NCBI RefSeq assembly: GCF_009914755.1
Contig: NC_060933.1
DNA: 64,000 nt
Source of the DNA: the human T2T-CHM13v2.0 reference genome, Homo sapiens
Strand: one strand, 5' to 3'
Shown: positions 30,110 through 46,712 of the stretch, one piece after another
Layout of the letters: each line of letters opens with the position of its first letter
Position numbering within the stretch: the stretch's first letter is position 1
Program-made: the position numbers and the translations under genes
Notes under the pieces: model-generated
What the model was told of the DNA's origin: nothing
Seen by the model: the letters and a program-made list of their open reading frames with translations, nothing else
Database searches by the model: none

Positions 30110-32558
30110 GAGTCCAACCTTGGAGATACTGTGGGTTTGGTTCCAGACTGCTGTGCAATAAAGCAAGTCACACACATTTTTTGGTTTCCCAGCGCATACA
30201 AAAGTTGTTTGCATGATACTGTAGTCTATTAAGTATGCCACAGCCTTCGGTCTAAAAAAAAACTCTGCACATAAATATAAAAATACTTTATTGCCGAAAG
30301 CTGCTAACAGTGAGTCAGCTGGTGGTCGCTAAAGGTTGGGGTGGCTGTGGCAATTTCTTAAAATAAGACAACGATGAAGTTTGCCACATCAGGAAAACTT
30401 TGTTGCACTCTATGCTGTTTGACAGCATTTACCACAGCAGAACTTTCAAAATTGGAGCCAATCCTCTCAAACCCTGCCACTGCTTTATCAACAAAGTTTA
30501 TGAAACATTCTGAATTCGTTGTCATTTCAACAATGTTCACGGCATCTTCACTTACAGCAGACTCTATCTCAAGAAACCACTCTTTGCTCATCTACAAAAA
30601 GCAACTCCTCATCTGTACAAGTTTTTTCATGGCATTGTAGCAACGCAGTCAGTGTTCATGCTCCACCTCTTTTTTTCTTTTTAAATTGAGATGGAGTCTC
30701 GCTTTTGTCACCCAGGCTGGAGTGAGGGGAGTGGCACGAACATAGCTCACTGCTGCCTGCAATTCCTAGGCTCAAGGGATCCTCCTGCCCGAACCTTCCA
30801 AAGTGCCGTGATTACAGGTATGAGCCAACACACCTGGCAGGCTCCACTTCACATTCTAGTTCTCTTGCTATTTCCACTACTTCTACAGTCCCCTCCTCCA
30901 TAGAAGTCTTGAACCCCTCAAAGGCATCCATGAGGGACAGAACAAACTTCTTCCAAACTCCTGTTCATGTTGATATTTTGACATCCTCTCCATGAATTAG
31001 GAACGTTCTTAATGACATTGAGAATGGTGAATGAATCCTTTCCAGAAGGTTTTCAATTTACTTTGCCCAAATCCATTAGAGGACTCACTAAGGCAGCTAT
31101 AGTCTAATTAAATGTATTTCTTAAATAAGACTTGTAAGTTGAAAGTGCTCCTTGATCCATGGGCTGCATGCAGAATGAATGCTGTGTTAGTTAACAGGCA
31201 TAAAAACAACATTAATCTCCTTGCACATCTCCATCAAAGCTCTTGGGTGACTACATGCACTGTCAATGAGCACTAATATTTTGAAAGGAATCTTTTCCTT
31301 AGCAACGTCTCACCAGTAGACTTAAAATATTAAGTAAACCATGCTGTAAACAGATGTGCTGTCATCCAGGCTTTTTTTCTTTTTTTCTTTTTTTTCCTGT
31401 TTACAGAGCATAGGCAGAATAGATCTAGCATAATTTTTAAGGCCCTAGGATTACTGGAATAATAAATGAGCACTGGCTTCAACTCAGTCACCAGACACAT
31501 TAGCCCCAACAGTCAGCCTTTCCTTTGAAGAACTGAAGCTAAGAATTCACTTCTCTCCAGAAATGAAAATTCTAGATGATATCTTCTTCCAATAGAAGGC
31601 TGTTTTTCACCTACATTAAAAACTGGTTGTTTCATGTGGCCACGTTCCTTGATGATCTTAGGAGATCTTCTGGATAACTTGCTGCAGCTTCTACAACAGC
31701 ACCTGCTACCTCACCTTGTACCTTTACATTATGGAGTTGGCTTCTTTCCTTAAACATAAGCCAGTCAACCTCAGCTACTTTCCAACTTTTCTTCTGCAGA
31801 TTCCTTACCTCTCAGCTTTCATAGAATTAAAGAGAGTTAGGGCCTTGCTCTGGATTAGGCTTTGGCTTAAGGGAATAGTGTGGCTGGTGTGATCGTCTAT
31901 CCAGATCACTACAATTTTCTCCACATCAGCAATGAAGTTGTTTTGCTTTCTTGTCATTCATGTCTTCACTGGAGTAGCACTTATAATTTTCTTCAAGAAC
32001 TTTTCCTTCGCATTCACAACTTGGCTGTTTGGTGCAAGAGGCCTAGCTTTTGGCCTATTTTAGCTTCTGATATGCCTCCCTCACTAAACAAGATTATTTC
32101 TAGCTTTTGATTTAAAGTAAGAGATGCAGGAGTCTTTTTTTATACTTGAATACTTAGAGGCCACTGTAGAGTTATTAACTGACCCAATTTCAATGTTGTG
32201 TCTCAGAGAATAGGGAGACCCAAGAAGAGGAAGAGAGACAAGTGGAACAGCCAGTCAGTTGAACAGTCAGAACACATACATTTACTGATTAAGTTTGCCA
32301 GGTACAAGGTGGTTCCTGGTACCCCAAAACAATTACTAAAGTAACATCAAAGATCACTGATTACAGAATCACCACAACAGAATAATGAAAAAGCCTGAAA
32401 TATTGTGAGAATTATCAAAATGTGACACAGAGACATGAAGTGGGCACATGCTGTTGGAAAAATGGTACTAACAGACTTGCTCAATGCAGGGTCACTGCAA
32501 ACCTTCAAACTGTGAAAATCACACTATCTGTGAAGCACAACAAAATGAGGTATATCTG
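30110..32558 (-). mobile_element. Near-full-length Tigger1 (TcMar) DNA transposon, decayed, with internal Alu fragment (30668-30840)
   Basis: Both terminal inverted repeats flanked by TA; ORF 30358..30591 (WFLEIESAVSEDAVNIVEMTT...VDKAVAGFERIGSNFE) resembles the Tigger1 transposase C-terminus. Confidence 0.9.
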
Positions 32559-32658
32559 TATTCTAAGATAGGCTGGCAAATAACAGCCTGCAGGACAAAT
32601 CTGGCCTACAACATGTTTCTGCTAAGCTAATGAGTTAAAAATTGCTTTTATGTTTCAA

Positions 32659-33312
<654 letters not shown>

Positions 33313-33509
33313 TTAAGGGAAAAAAAATCCAAGATAAATATTTTGTGAAACGTGAAAACTATATGAAATTCAAATTTCAACGCCCATGAATACCATTTTA
33401 TTGGAACAGTCATTCTCACTTATTGTCTATGGGTGTTTTGCACTTTTACAAAAGCAGTGAGTACTTGCAACAGAAACTGTCTATGGTACTGTCACTCCTT
33501 CATACTGTT

Positions 33510-33806
33510 ATTTGTTTTGTTTTGAGACAGGGTCTTGCTCTGTCTCCCAGGCTGGAGTGCGGTGATGCCATCACAGCTCACTGCAGCCTTAACCTCCCTA
33601 AGCACAGGTAATCCTCCCACCTCAGCCTCCCAAGTAGCTGTACTACAGCTGCACACCATGCCCGGTTACTTTTTGTCTTCTTTGTACAGGTGAGGTTTCA
33701 CCATGTTGGCTAGGCTGGTCTCAAACTCCTGGGCTCAAGCAATCCACCCACCTTGGCCTCCCAAAGTCCTGGGATAACAAGTATGAGCCACCATGCCACA
33801 CCTGGC
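33510..33806 (-). mobile_element. AluJ
   Basis: Reverse dimer; TSD ctccttcatactgtt / ctccttcgtactgtt. Confidence 0.95.
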
Positions 33807-36800
33807 CTCCTTCGTACTGTTGTTCAGTATACTACTACAAAACACAGTGAATCAGTTATACTCATGCAGCACAAAATCACTGCAGCATTAAAAAAAAAAA
33901 AATAACCAGTATATACCAATCATGCCAGAACAAGAAAAAAGGAAGAAGGAGAGTTACAAATGTCAGGTTTTTAAGGCACAGTGGAATATATTTTACTAAA
34001 TGAGATGGCAAAACTTGTGTTTCTTATGCAATGACACTAAAAGAATACAACATATATAAGCACTGCCGGACCAACCACTCATCACAATACTCCCCACTCA
34101 CAGAAAAGCAATGGTCAGAAGAAATATAAACTTTAGAATGAAATATCTCATCATAGCCACTTTTTCACAAAAAATAAAAATGAAAATAAGACTGCAACCA
34201 AAGTTAAGTTTCCAAGTGGCTTGTTAGCCAAAGGAAGCCAAGTACTAGTGATGACTAATTTAACAGTTAATTAAATCTTGATTGCAGTAACCAAATGTGT
34301 CCAGAGAAAATAAACTCACTGAAGTCTACTCGGCTCTCAGGAGGAACAGTTTTTCTCAGAGTTAAGGATGTCAATACTCAATTTAAAAACAACGCAAATG
34401 ATTCTGAGTGCTATTTCTAAGTTCTTGATAAGCTGACAGATGTTACTGATACTGCTCAATTGTATGGGGAGTCAATGGTAAGTCTGAAGTGACCGGAAAA
34501 TTACCCTCTATAAATAGTCTGAATGGAACAACCAGGGTAAGACCATTTTTTAAAAAGTTGAGAAATAAGAATTTGGTACAACTTGAAGTAGAATCTGCTA
34601 AGATGTGCTACATCTCATGGCAGCAAAAACGTGCAGAATTAAAACGACTTAGTTGGACATATTTTCAAAGCATATAAAAATGTAAGGTATTTAAAGACTA
34701 TAGTTATTGACTGTCTTATTCATCAGTAGGTACTCTGGAAAACATTTGGATCTATCATGTTACTGAACCAGGAGTATCAATGAGGAGCACTGTTAACTCC
34801 TGTAAACTTAACCAGTCAACTTCATGAATTTTTATTAACAATAACTCAATATTCTGACATGCCTAACCACACAGAAGGTTGATGGTGGCTTAGCAGAGGT
34901 AAAGTTTCATTGCATTATTTTATTAGCTCATGCCAAAGATTAAAATTTTAGTAAATGAGAACCACTACCCTGCCAACCCTCCAACAACCAAACATTGAAT
35001 TACTATATGAATTCGTTTTTGTTAGAGAGTTGGTAATGCTTATGCATGAATTCAACCTAAAACTACAAAGCAAAGCAGCATTTATGTGTGATCATACTAA
35101 AGTCATTTTGACAACTAAAATTGTTTGAATCACAAGCAATGTCAAGGTGCTTTACAGACTTCCTATGCCGTCAAAAAAAAAAAAAATCACAAGAAGCAAG
35201 ACCTCCATTCTCACAAATTTGCAGATTTACTTTTGAGCTCATACCACCAGCAACATTTTTCAGACCTCAATGCAAATGCAAAGGCAACTGACATTCAAAG
35301 TTCACTTAACTGTGCAATTGAGGAGCTACTACCTTTCACTTTGAAGTGATTAATCTGAATGTAATGGCATGTTAAAAACAACATTATCTAATGGAATTCT
35401 ATAAATGCCTTCCACACTGATAAATATGCTATTAAAATCAAATGCTTTTGGAATGAGTACGTATTTTGAATAAGTCAGTCAAGTCTCACTACATATCAGT
35501 ATTAACAGATGAACTTTGCAATTTTGGTAAACAGAACACTGAACCCCAATTATGCAAAATGTTATTCCCCCAAAGAAGTCCCATTCCTCTTATCAGTAGA
35601 TACAAGGAAAATATTGTAACTAAATATTACCAATTTTTTTATTTTTTCAATTAAAAAATTTGTGGGAATTTGTTTTGTCTCTTGATGTAATACATTCTCC
35701 ATTTTGCCTCTTGGCCAGTAATACCTGAAGTATTATCTGACCCTTCACATGAAAAATCTGTCAACTCCTGCTCTAACACTTCCTTACATTCTAGAGTAGG
35801 TGCTTACAGGACCAAAGAAGAGTCAAGAATTTCATCTTTACATGTGTATGTGTGCATATATGTATGCATCAAATGTCACAGTTGAGTAAGAATCATAATA
35901 CTGTACAAATATGCTGACAATCTGATAGGCCAGCAGAGTAAGTTCATTCTTGCTATTTCTTGTTTTCCCTTGATGGAAATATTAACATGAAATGTTAAAG
36001 TATCAAACCATTAAGTATCTGAGTAAAAGGATGCAAAACTGATTTTTGGTTTTTGGTTTTTTAGACAAAAGTTATTACTGTAGACAATCATGGTAAAGGG
36101 AAAGAAAACAACAGCTTAACCAGTCAGGAAATATGATTAAATCTTTGCCTGCTCTATACCCTTTAAAGTAAGAACATTGCAACCCTCTCAAAAGATTGTT
36201 AGTATCAAAGTAAGGATTAAGTAGAATATAGAACAGAATATTTTTATTGATTTAAAAATGGTATTACTTCAGGTTTTACAAAACCTATATTATAAACATA
36301 AATCTCAAGATATCCACTGTATTCTATAAAAGAATATATATCAACTGTGATCATTAATTACTCTTCTCATTCTGATTCTTCTTTCAGCAATGAATTTTTA
36401 AAAATTCTTCATCCAGCACCTCATCTTTCCACTTCCTCTGCCAAAGTACAGGCATCTTTTAAAACATGCCCAGTCTATCTCATCTTAGAGAAGTGCTCCC
36501 ATGTCTCCATTTCTTCCTACTTATACGCCAAGTATTAGGACTAAAATTGTCACTATGGCTAATGATCTTGGACCTAATTCATGGACAAAACATCCGCATG
36601 TAGTATCTGAATAGCTGAAAGGAAGACATCTGAGTTCAGTCTACAGAAAAGTGGACAAAAGTAAATTTCTAACCTGTTCACACATGAGAATCTGCTTCAC
36701 ACAAACACAGATCTTAACCCCACTATGAAAGATTTGGCTCCACAAAGTCTGAGGGTAAGATCTGGGAATCTGATTTTTAATAAACCTGGCAGGTGCTCTG

Positions 36801-36984
36801 ATGCAGCCAGTATAGCCCTGACCTCAAGACGGGTGCTTGACAATCTACTGATCTAAAATACAAAACCAGGCTAAAGACAGCAAACATGTGCTCTAGTAAC
36901 AACTACACAGGTAACTAGTAACAACTACACAAGTAAATAAGTGTTCTCTCTACATTTAAAGCTTCCTTTAAAAAACAAAATGTG

Positions 36985-38025
<1,041 letters not shown>

Positions 38026-38082
38026 ACTGAACTTTTTAAAAATTGAAAACCACATTCCTCATATAAAAGCTACCCTCAATCA

Positions 38083-38304
<222 letters not shown>

Positions 38305-38418
38305 CTACGAAAAATATTTCCAAAAAAAGAAAAAAAAAAGGCATTGAAATACACATGAATTACATTAATTACTTTATTAACTGCCATTAAACAAAGTTTA
38401 TGGGAGGCCACTGTTTTG

Positions 38419-38726
38419 TTTTGTTTTTTTAATTTTTTTGAGACAGAGTCTTGCTTTGTCGCCCAGGCTGGAGTGCAGTGGCATGATCTTGGTTCACTGC
38501 AAGCTCCGCCTCCCGGGTTCACACCCATTCTCCTGCCTCAGCCTCCCGAGTAGCTGGGACTACAGGCGCCCGCCACCACGCCCCGCTAATTTTTTTTTGT
38601 ATTTTTTAGTAGAGACGGGGTTTCACCATGTTAGCCAGGATGGTCTTGATCTCCTGACCTCGTGATCCGCCCACCTCAGCTTCCCAAAGTGCTGGGATTA
38701 CAAGCGTGAGCCACCGTGCCCGGCCA
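38419..38726 (-). mobile_element. AluY in intron 4
   Basis: Y diagnostics; TSD ggaggccactgttttg. Confidence 0.95.
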
Positions 38727-39479
38727 GGAGGCCACTGTTTTGGACCAGCCTCCTGCACTATGCCCCAGCAGACCACAACAAACCAAAATAGAGCCACTTG
38801 TGCCAAGTGCCATGTAATCAAAGTGAACTATGAAAGGGGCCAGTTTCCCCCCCAAAACCATAGTAAGCTGCAGTCAACGTGAGTCACTGTAACAAGAAAG
38901 AGTTCCCTCCATTTTAACCCTATTAGGAAAGTAACTTCGAAATGACCCATCTGCTTTTTGTTCGTTTTTGCTTTCTTCAGCCCTTTTATGCCTATAAAGC
39001 CAACCTCTTCTGCTCAGCTCATGAGAACACTCTATTTTATAAAATGAGGTGTTGTCTGATTCTAGAATCACAAATAAAAACCAATTAAAGCTTTAAAGTT
39101 GTTGCAATTTTGTATTCAACATATAAGGCAGGAGGTTATTTTAAATAATCCCTGGTGTATTTCACCTCAAAAAAGCAACTTAGCATTCAAATAACATAAA
39201 GAAGGAAGCACTTTGTTATGAGTGAATTTCCCATCTCCAGCATTGGACTTTTTGATTCTTAAGCCTTCAAAATAAACTATTTACAAAGATCCTTCAATTT
39301 AACAGAAAATTCAGAGTTCAAATAGCCAAATTAGCGCTTTGTTGAGTTTTCTTAAACCAAGATAAGGATTTCTCTCTTTAGCTTAACCATACATACAGGA
39401 CAATCTCATTAACCACAGAAAATTAAATAACAAATATATCATTTTTTAGCTAAACGAACTGAAAGAACTTTCCACATAC

Positions 39480-39742
39480 TTGTCTCATTATATCTGGATT
39501 ATTCAACATATGACTAATTTCTGGATTTCTCTGTATCAACTGCTGCATTTGTGGATTGGCCATAATTAACTGTCTCATCAGGTCAGGATTTGAGAGCATG
39601 CTCTGAACAAAGGGATTTTCCATGATCTGGACCATCATTTCAGGGTTAGACAAAAGTTGTCGCTGCATCTGACTCTGTAGTTCAGAGAAGTTGGTAGTAT
39701 TCAAACCCAAGCTACTCAGACCTGCAAGTCCCCCAAGGCCAC
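39480..39742 (-). CDS. UBQLN1: UBQLN1 exon 4 (263 nt), STI1 repeats: [13 protein letters not shown]...[26 protein letters not shown]...NNPDIMRQ
   Basis: Core of ORF 39450..39863; AG/GTATGT borders; NP-repeat STI1 motifs. Confidence 0.97.
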
Positions 39743-39977
39743 CTAAGAGGATAAAGGGCAAAAACATACAAATCAAAGTCAGAAAATTTATCATTAACAT
39801 GACATAAAATATGAAGATGCAAAAAAGTATTAGCTGACCCAATAGTCTATTACAAGAAATCATTTAAAAACAAATCGAATACCTATTACTAATATTTAAT
39901 TCCTATCATTGAAATTAGCCAAAAATTTACACTTTGGTAATTAAAGTAATAAAATCAACAAAATATATTTTCATGTA

Positions 39978-40695
39978 TGTAGTATAATAATAAATATATT
40001 TGGTCTTTCTCCTTGATCCTGAGTTACTAAAACTTTGGAATTTTCTGAGTGACAGGAGTATCTTTTATTATTCATTACAAGCCCTTTTGATCATTATGCT
40101 AATGAAGTGACTTAGGCCCCTGGAAAGCCTCAGAAAGGAGCTGGTCACCAGAAAGACAAAGTGATTAAAGGGCTAAAACTTTCAGCCCCACCCACCAAGA
40201 AAGTAAGGGTAGGGAGGTGGAGATAGAGCTCTATGCAAATTCTTCAACAATAAAATTAAGAAAACTCAAAATGAAAAGCACATCTGAGTGTTAGGAGGGT
40301 TGTGCGCTGAGGAAACCTGGATGGAACCTTTGAGCCCAACTTCCATCCCCCACATACCCATACCTTGTGCCCTAATAATTATCTTCCAAGCATTTGTCTG
40401 TTTCTGAGTTGTATCCTTTATAATAAACAGGTAAACATAAGTGTTTCCTTGAGTTCTAGGTGCCATTCTAGCAATTATTGAACCTGAGGAGGAGGTCAGG
40501 GGAACCCCCAACTTAGAGCTGGTCAGTCAGAAGTACAGATGGCCTAGAACTTGTGACCAGTATCTGAAGTAGGGGCAGTCTTGCAGGACTGAGTCTGCTA
40601 ACTTGTGAGATCAGACACTAACTGTAGGTAGGTAGTATCAGAAATGAAGCTGAATCTTGGACACAGAGCTGGTATTGGACAATTGGCTGGTGTCA
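39978..40695 (+). mobile_element. MER21-type solo LTR in intron 3
   Basis: tatgctaatgaagtgact...ctggtcaccagaaagac...gtatcctttataataaac...tggtgtcaga. Confidence 0.8.
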
Positions 40696-41394
40696 GAAAA
40701 AACAGTCCAGATTATGCCAGCTAAAGGAAGAAATAATAAATACACACACCAGACTATGCTTCTAATAATCTTTCCAAAAGACTAGTTTAAGTTTTATTAA
40801 CAGGAAGCAGAATTCACCTATAAACACTGGGTACAAGAGGGCTGATACTGCCAGTCAAGGAGACAGAGAGCCAGGGAATACCTGGAAATAGATTTCTCTT
40901 TGGAGGACTTCAATCAAGGAGAAACCTAACAGAGCAACAGGATGACCAAGTGCTTACCACAAAGTGTTTACTTCGTAAAATTACATAACCAACTAAATGC
41001 ATTCAGTTCTCACTTACTGAGCACTTTTTATATATGCCAGAGACTGTGTTACATATGTATTGAGAATAAGGCAACAAGAAAGACATCCTCAGAACTCAAT
41101 CTAGTAGGAAAGACAGACAAGAAAATAAATGTCTATACAGATGCTAAGTACTTCAGTAAAGAATATTCACAGGATATTATGGTAATATAACCCAAGTGGA
41201 ATGGCTACTTTCAGAAGAAGAGATAACACTTAATGAGTCTGGAGCATAAATACTTTGGCAAGGAAACGTGAAGAAGGTTAGGAGGGGGACTGAATACTAG
41301 GCACAATGAACACCATATACAAAAAGCACAAAAATAAATGTATTAATGCATTCTTGAAACCACAAAAACTTCAGTATGACTAACTACAGTAGCA

Positions 41395-41750
41395 GATAGC
41401 AGTGCTCACCAAACATTTCATTTTGCAGCCTTATTATTTCTTTTGCACTTGGACAGGCCTATGTGAAATGCCAAAGGACTACAAGAAATGATATATGCCA
41501 CTTCTGGCCAAAGTATAGCAGGTTCAACTTAAAACCCTGTAGCTGTCTCTTCTGCCGTGTTCCAAATGGTAGAGCTATAATACAGCAGAATGAAAAATGA
41601 CTTTCATTAGCTTGAGTCTCTGAGGGACTATATGGATGGGCACCTTACAAACCGGTAAAAAGCGTAGCATGCAGAAAAATGCAGCAAGAAATGAAGCTTT
41701 GTTGTAATAAGCCACTGAGTTTGGCTATCTATTATCAAAAGAAAATGGAT
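41395..41750 (+). mobile_element. MLT1-type MaLR LTR fragment (L2 remnant just upstream)
   Basis: gcaagaaatgaagctttgttgtaataagccactgag motif. Confidence 0.6.
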
Positions 41751-41752
41751 AA

Positions 41753-42212
<460 letters not shown>

Positions 42213-42652
42213 CTAATATAAGAAAAACAAAAGCAGTTTTAGGCGAGGCTGGCTTCCCAGACCCCCTTCCATGTGTTCAGGACAGTTACAAAATAACTAA
42301 TGCAGTCTGATCCCTTCCTTTTACAAATGAAAAAATTATTATTCAGGGACGCTGGCTTACGATTAATAACCAGCTAATCTTACTCATACTAAATTATGTG
42401 GTAGTCAGATCAGGTATACACAAACTACATCTCTTTCATCATTAAAAAGAAAGGCGCCAACTGATATGTAAGAATATCCATATCCCCAACTACTTCCTTA
42501 ATATCTACAATTATAGGAATGTATGTTTTTTTTTTTTTAATTTTTGTTGTTAAAGTGACATAATGTTCTATTTTCTCATTTTATCTGAAACTACCCAGGA
42601 AGGGAAAGGAGTATTTTTTCCCATCCCTACTGGAATGACTAAAGACACTTAC

Positions 42653-42768
42653 CTAAACCAAAAGGGTTGCTAGTAGCAGAACCAGATGTAGAGTTACTAT
42701 TAGGAGTTGATGATGTAGTAACATTGCTTCCAGCTGTATTTGTTTGCTGAGCTGAATGATCCTGAGGC
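42653..42768 (-). CDS. UBQLN1: UBQLN1 exon 3 (116 nt): [38 protein letters not shown](G)
   Basis: Canonical AG/GTAAGT borders; phase compatible with exons 2 and 4. Confidence 0.95.
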
Positions 42769-42832
42769 CTAGGGAAAATAATTAATCACAGAGTAAGCAG
42801 TAGAGCTGATTATTTTTAAAAGAACCACCAAA

Positions 42833-43137
42833 GGCCAGGCACAGTGGCTCACGCCTGTAATCCCAGCACTTTGGGAGGCCGAAGCTGGCTGATCACGAGG
42901 TCAAGAGATAGAGAACATCCTGGCTAACACAGTGAAACCCCATCTCTACTAAACATACAAAAAATTAGCCGGGCGTGATGGTGAGTGCCTGTAGTCCCAG
43001 CTACTTGGGAGGCTGAGGCAGGAGAATGGCGTGAACCCAGGAGGCAGAGCTTGCAGTGAGCGAGATCGCGCCACTGCACTCCGTCCAGCCTGGGCAACAG
43101 AGCGAGACTCCGTCTCAAAAAAAAAAAAAAAAAAAAG
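42833..43137 (+). mobile_element. AluY
   Basis: gagaatggcgtgaaccc, gagcttgcag; TSD aaaagaaccac. Confidence 0.95.
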
Positions 43138-43440
43138 AACCACTGAAATCCTGACATCTAGAAATAAAGGGTAAACTCTCAGACCAAATCAAATTATCAT
43201 TTAGTAAAAAGCCTGAGAAAACTAAGCATTAGGAACAAAAAATACAAAATAAAATAAAACCCTACAAAATACAAAATATGCTGCAATTGCCCCTCCTCTT
43301 TGAGTATAATGTACACAAATATTTCATTAGTTTCAATCATATTGCTTATGTAAGAGATGGAGGTAGGTTATCTCATAAGAGGGAAGCCAATGACCAGTTA
43401 CACCCACAAAGCTTGACTATATAAAAAACTTTTTTATCTT

Positions 43441-43746
43441 GGCCAGGTGCGGTGGCTCACGCCTGTAATCCCAGCACTTTGCGAGGCCGAGGCAGGCGAT
43501 CAACTGAGGTCAGGAGTTCAAGACCAGTCTGGCCAACATGGTAAAACCCTATCTCTACTAAAATACAAAAATTAGCCGGGCATGGTGGCACATGCCTGTA
43601 ATCACAGGTACTCAGGAGGCTGAGGCAGGAAGACTACTTGAACCCAGGAGGCGGAGGTTGTAGTGAGCCAAGATTGCGCCACTGCACTCCAGCCTGGGTG
43701 ACAGAGAGAGACTCTTGAAAAACAAACAAACAAACAAACAAAAAAA
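43441..43746 (+). mobile_element. AluS
   Basis: Full dimer; TSD aactttttt(t)atct. Confidence 0.95.
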
Positions 43747-43877
43747 CCCACAACTTTTTTATCTATCCCCTTCTAGTTCTTGAGGGTTATGAGCCAGTTT
43801 TACTCTGGCCCTTGAAATTCTTGAAAACAATAAAAAGCGAGAGACTTCACCAAAAGAAAGCCAACAAATCAATATGA

Positions 43878-44528
<651 letters not shown>

Positions 44529-44584
44529 GTAAGGAAATAAAAAAAACCCTTCCAGATGATACCAGTTTTGAATGCCACTCATTG

Positions 44585-45351
44585 CTTCTTTCCCTGAATT
44601 TAGCTAAGGCACACATTTTTCTATTTTAACATCTCCGAAATCAGGATCTGTCTTACAATTGCTGACAGCCAGGCATCAACTACATGCCTGCACATGTAGT
44701 CTACATGACTTCAACTGAATGCCTGGGTACACTGTTGTATCATATGTAACGGGCTTAATTACCACATTAAGTGTCTTCAAAATAATTACACTATTAATTG
44801 GCACTGACAGAAGTTACCATGTATTCAGAATAGCACCAAAATAGAAGGAATATGTTGAATGAGTAAAGCAAGTATTTGCTGTTGGTAAACAACAGCATAA
44901 AAACTTACAGGAGTGTTAATGGCTTGGAACAAAATCCTGGAGAAAATACTGGAGAGCTCTTTTAAGCAATGCTACACCACCAACACTCTTGACAGAACAG
45001 AGTTTGATACTGTATGAAAAAATATGGACACTGACAACTAAGTCTTTGTATGTTATGCAAGAGTGATATGATAAAATTCCATACCCATGTAAGTCTAAAG
45101 GAGCTCTTTCACTAAGTATAAAATAAACATTTTAAGTGACAAGAAAACATCAATTCAGTTAGCAGTATTCTTTCTTAGTGATACACAAAGGTATCTCTTT
45201 AAAACTGGTGGTGCCAGCTGGACACTGTGGCACGCACCTACAGTCCCAGGCTGACATGGGAGCATCACTTGAGCCCAGCCTGGGCAACATGGCATGACTC
45301 TGTCTCTTAAAAAAAAAAAAAAAAAAAGTTCCTTAGACTTAAAGAAATATG
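44585..45351 (+). mobile_element. Kanga/MER104-like TcMar-Tc2 DNA transposon with a short Alu fragment (45215-45327)
   Basis: cacatttttctattttaacatctccgaaatcaggatctgtcttacaat 5' motif; cttagacttaaagaaatatg 3' end. Confidence 0.6.
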
Positions 45352-45633
45352 ATTATCAATTCGTGGTTTGCTAAGGAGATAAGTTACTCATGATCTTTGT
45401 CTAAAAATTTCCTTACTAAAAGAAAAGCTAAAAACTTGCCTGTTCTAATGCAAATAATTTAGGTATAATAACTAAATACCAATGAACCTTGTAAAATATG
45501 AAATGGTTATCTGACAATCACGTAAGCATTAACATGGAATCACACTTTTTAAAAAAATTGTTATCGACAGCAAGGAAAGAATTTTAACTATTTAAATATT
45601 AATGACAGGGAAAGTAATTTACAGCCAACACTA

Positions 45634-45849
<216 letters not shown>

Positions 45850-45959
45850 CTAAATAAAAATAAAATAAGTATGTATTACAGTTGTTTGCACAGCACCATA
45901 CAGTCTAGTTTCTACAGGTACCTCATAGAGGCCCCTACTACAGACGCTACAATTCAAAC

Positions 45960-46108
45960 ACCATAATCCCAATGTTCCAGGAGGCTGAGGCAGGAGGACT
46001 GCCTGAGTCCAGGAGTTCGAGGCTGCAGTGAGCTATTATCACACCACTGCACTCCAGCCTGGGTGACACAGTGATATCCCGCCTCTAAAAACAAAACAAA
46101 ACAAAAAA
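45960..46108 (+). mobile_element. Alu monomer ~110 nt upstream of exon 2 acceptor
   Basis: ggaggctgaggcaggaggactgcctgagtccaggagttcgaggctgcagtgag. Confidence 0.9.
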
Positions 46109-46431
46109 TCCCCAATTCAAAACAATACAGAGATGCATCCTTTTTATGTCAGTATCTTGATGTTAGTAAGAAATGATTATTACTTCATCTCTAACACAAA
46201 GGTCCTACTATAGGTGCACATATCCTATATTCGATCCTCTGCTAAGGCCTAACAATGCATTGCTTCCCAATATCCTTATTCTTTTTATGTTAATGAGACC
46301 AAATTTAGTTCGAGCCACAGTTAGCTCTTACCACGTCCAAAATAATCCATTCCTCAGACTTCTATCTTCAGTCCTGTTCCTTTCTTTCTAGTTGAATACA
46401 GTATACACAGCCAATCTCATATTCTTGGCCT

Positions 46432-46712
46432 AGCGGTGGAGTATCTCTAATGCAAATACCCCAAATATGAAATGCACCAACATCCAAAACTTTTGAGTAT
46501 CCATGACACTCAAAGGAAATGCTCATTGGAGCATTTTCCAACTTTGGATTTTCAAATTAGGAATGCTGAACCATTAAGTATATAAGGCAAATATCCCAAA
46601 ATCCAAAAAAACAAAAAAAGAAAAAAAAATCTGAAATCTGAGACACTTCTGGTCCCAAGTCTGTCTGTTTAAAAAAAAAAAAAGTTTTTGGATAAAGTAT
46701 ACTTAATCTGTA
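46432..46712. mobile_element. Tigger4/MER46-type MITE
   Basis: aaaggaaatgctcattggagcattt...acacttctggtcccaag...ttttggataa. Confidence 0.8.

Noticed and set aside
30358-30591. Transposase-like ORF as a domesticated TIGD gene
   Set aside because: Short fragment of a Tigger1 copy that is frameshifted, stop-ridden and Alu-interrupted.
36893-36937. 22-bp tandem duplication (also 12-bp duplications at ~17321 and ~50396)
   Set aside because: Two-copy slippage events, not an array; no CRISPR-like repeat-spacer structure anywhere in the window.
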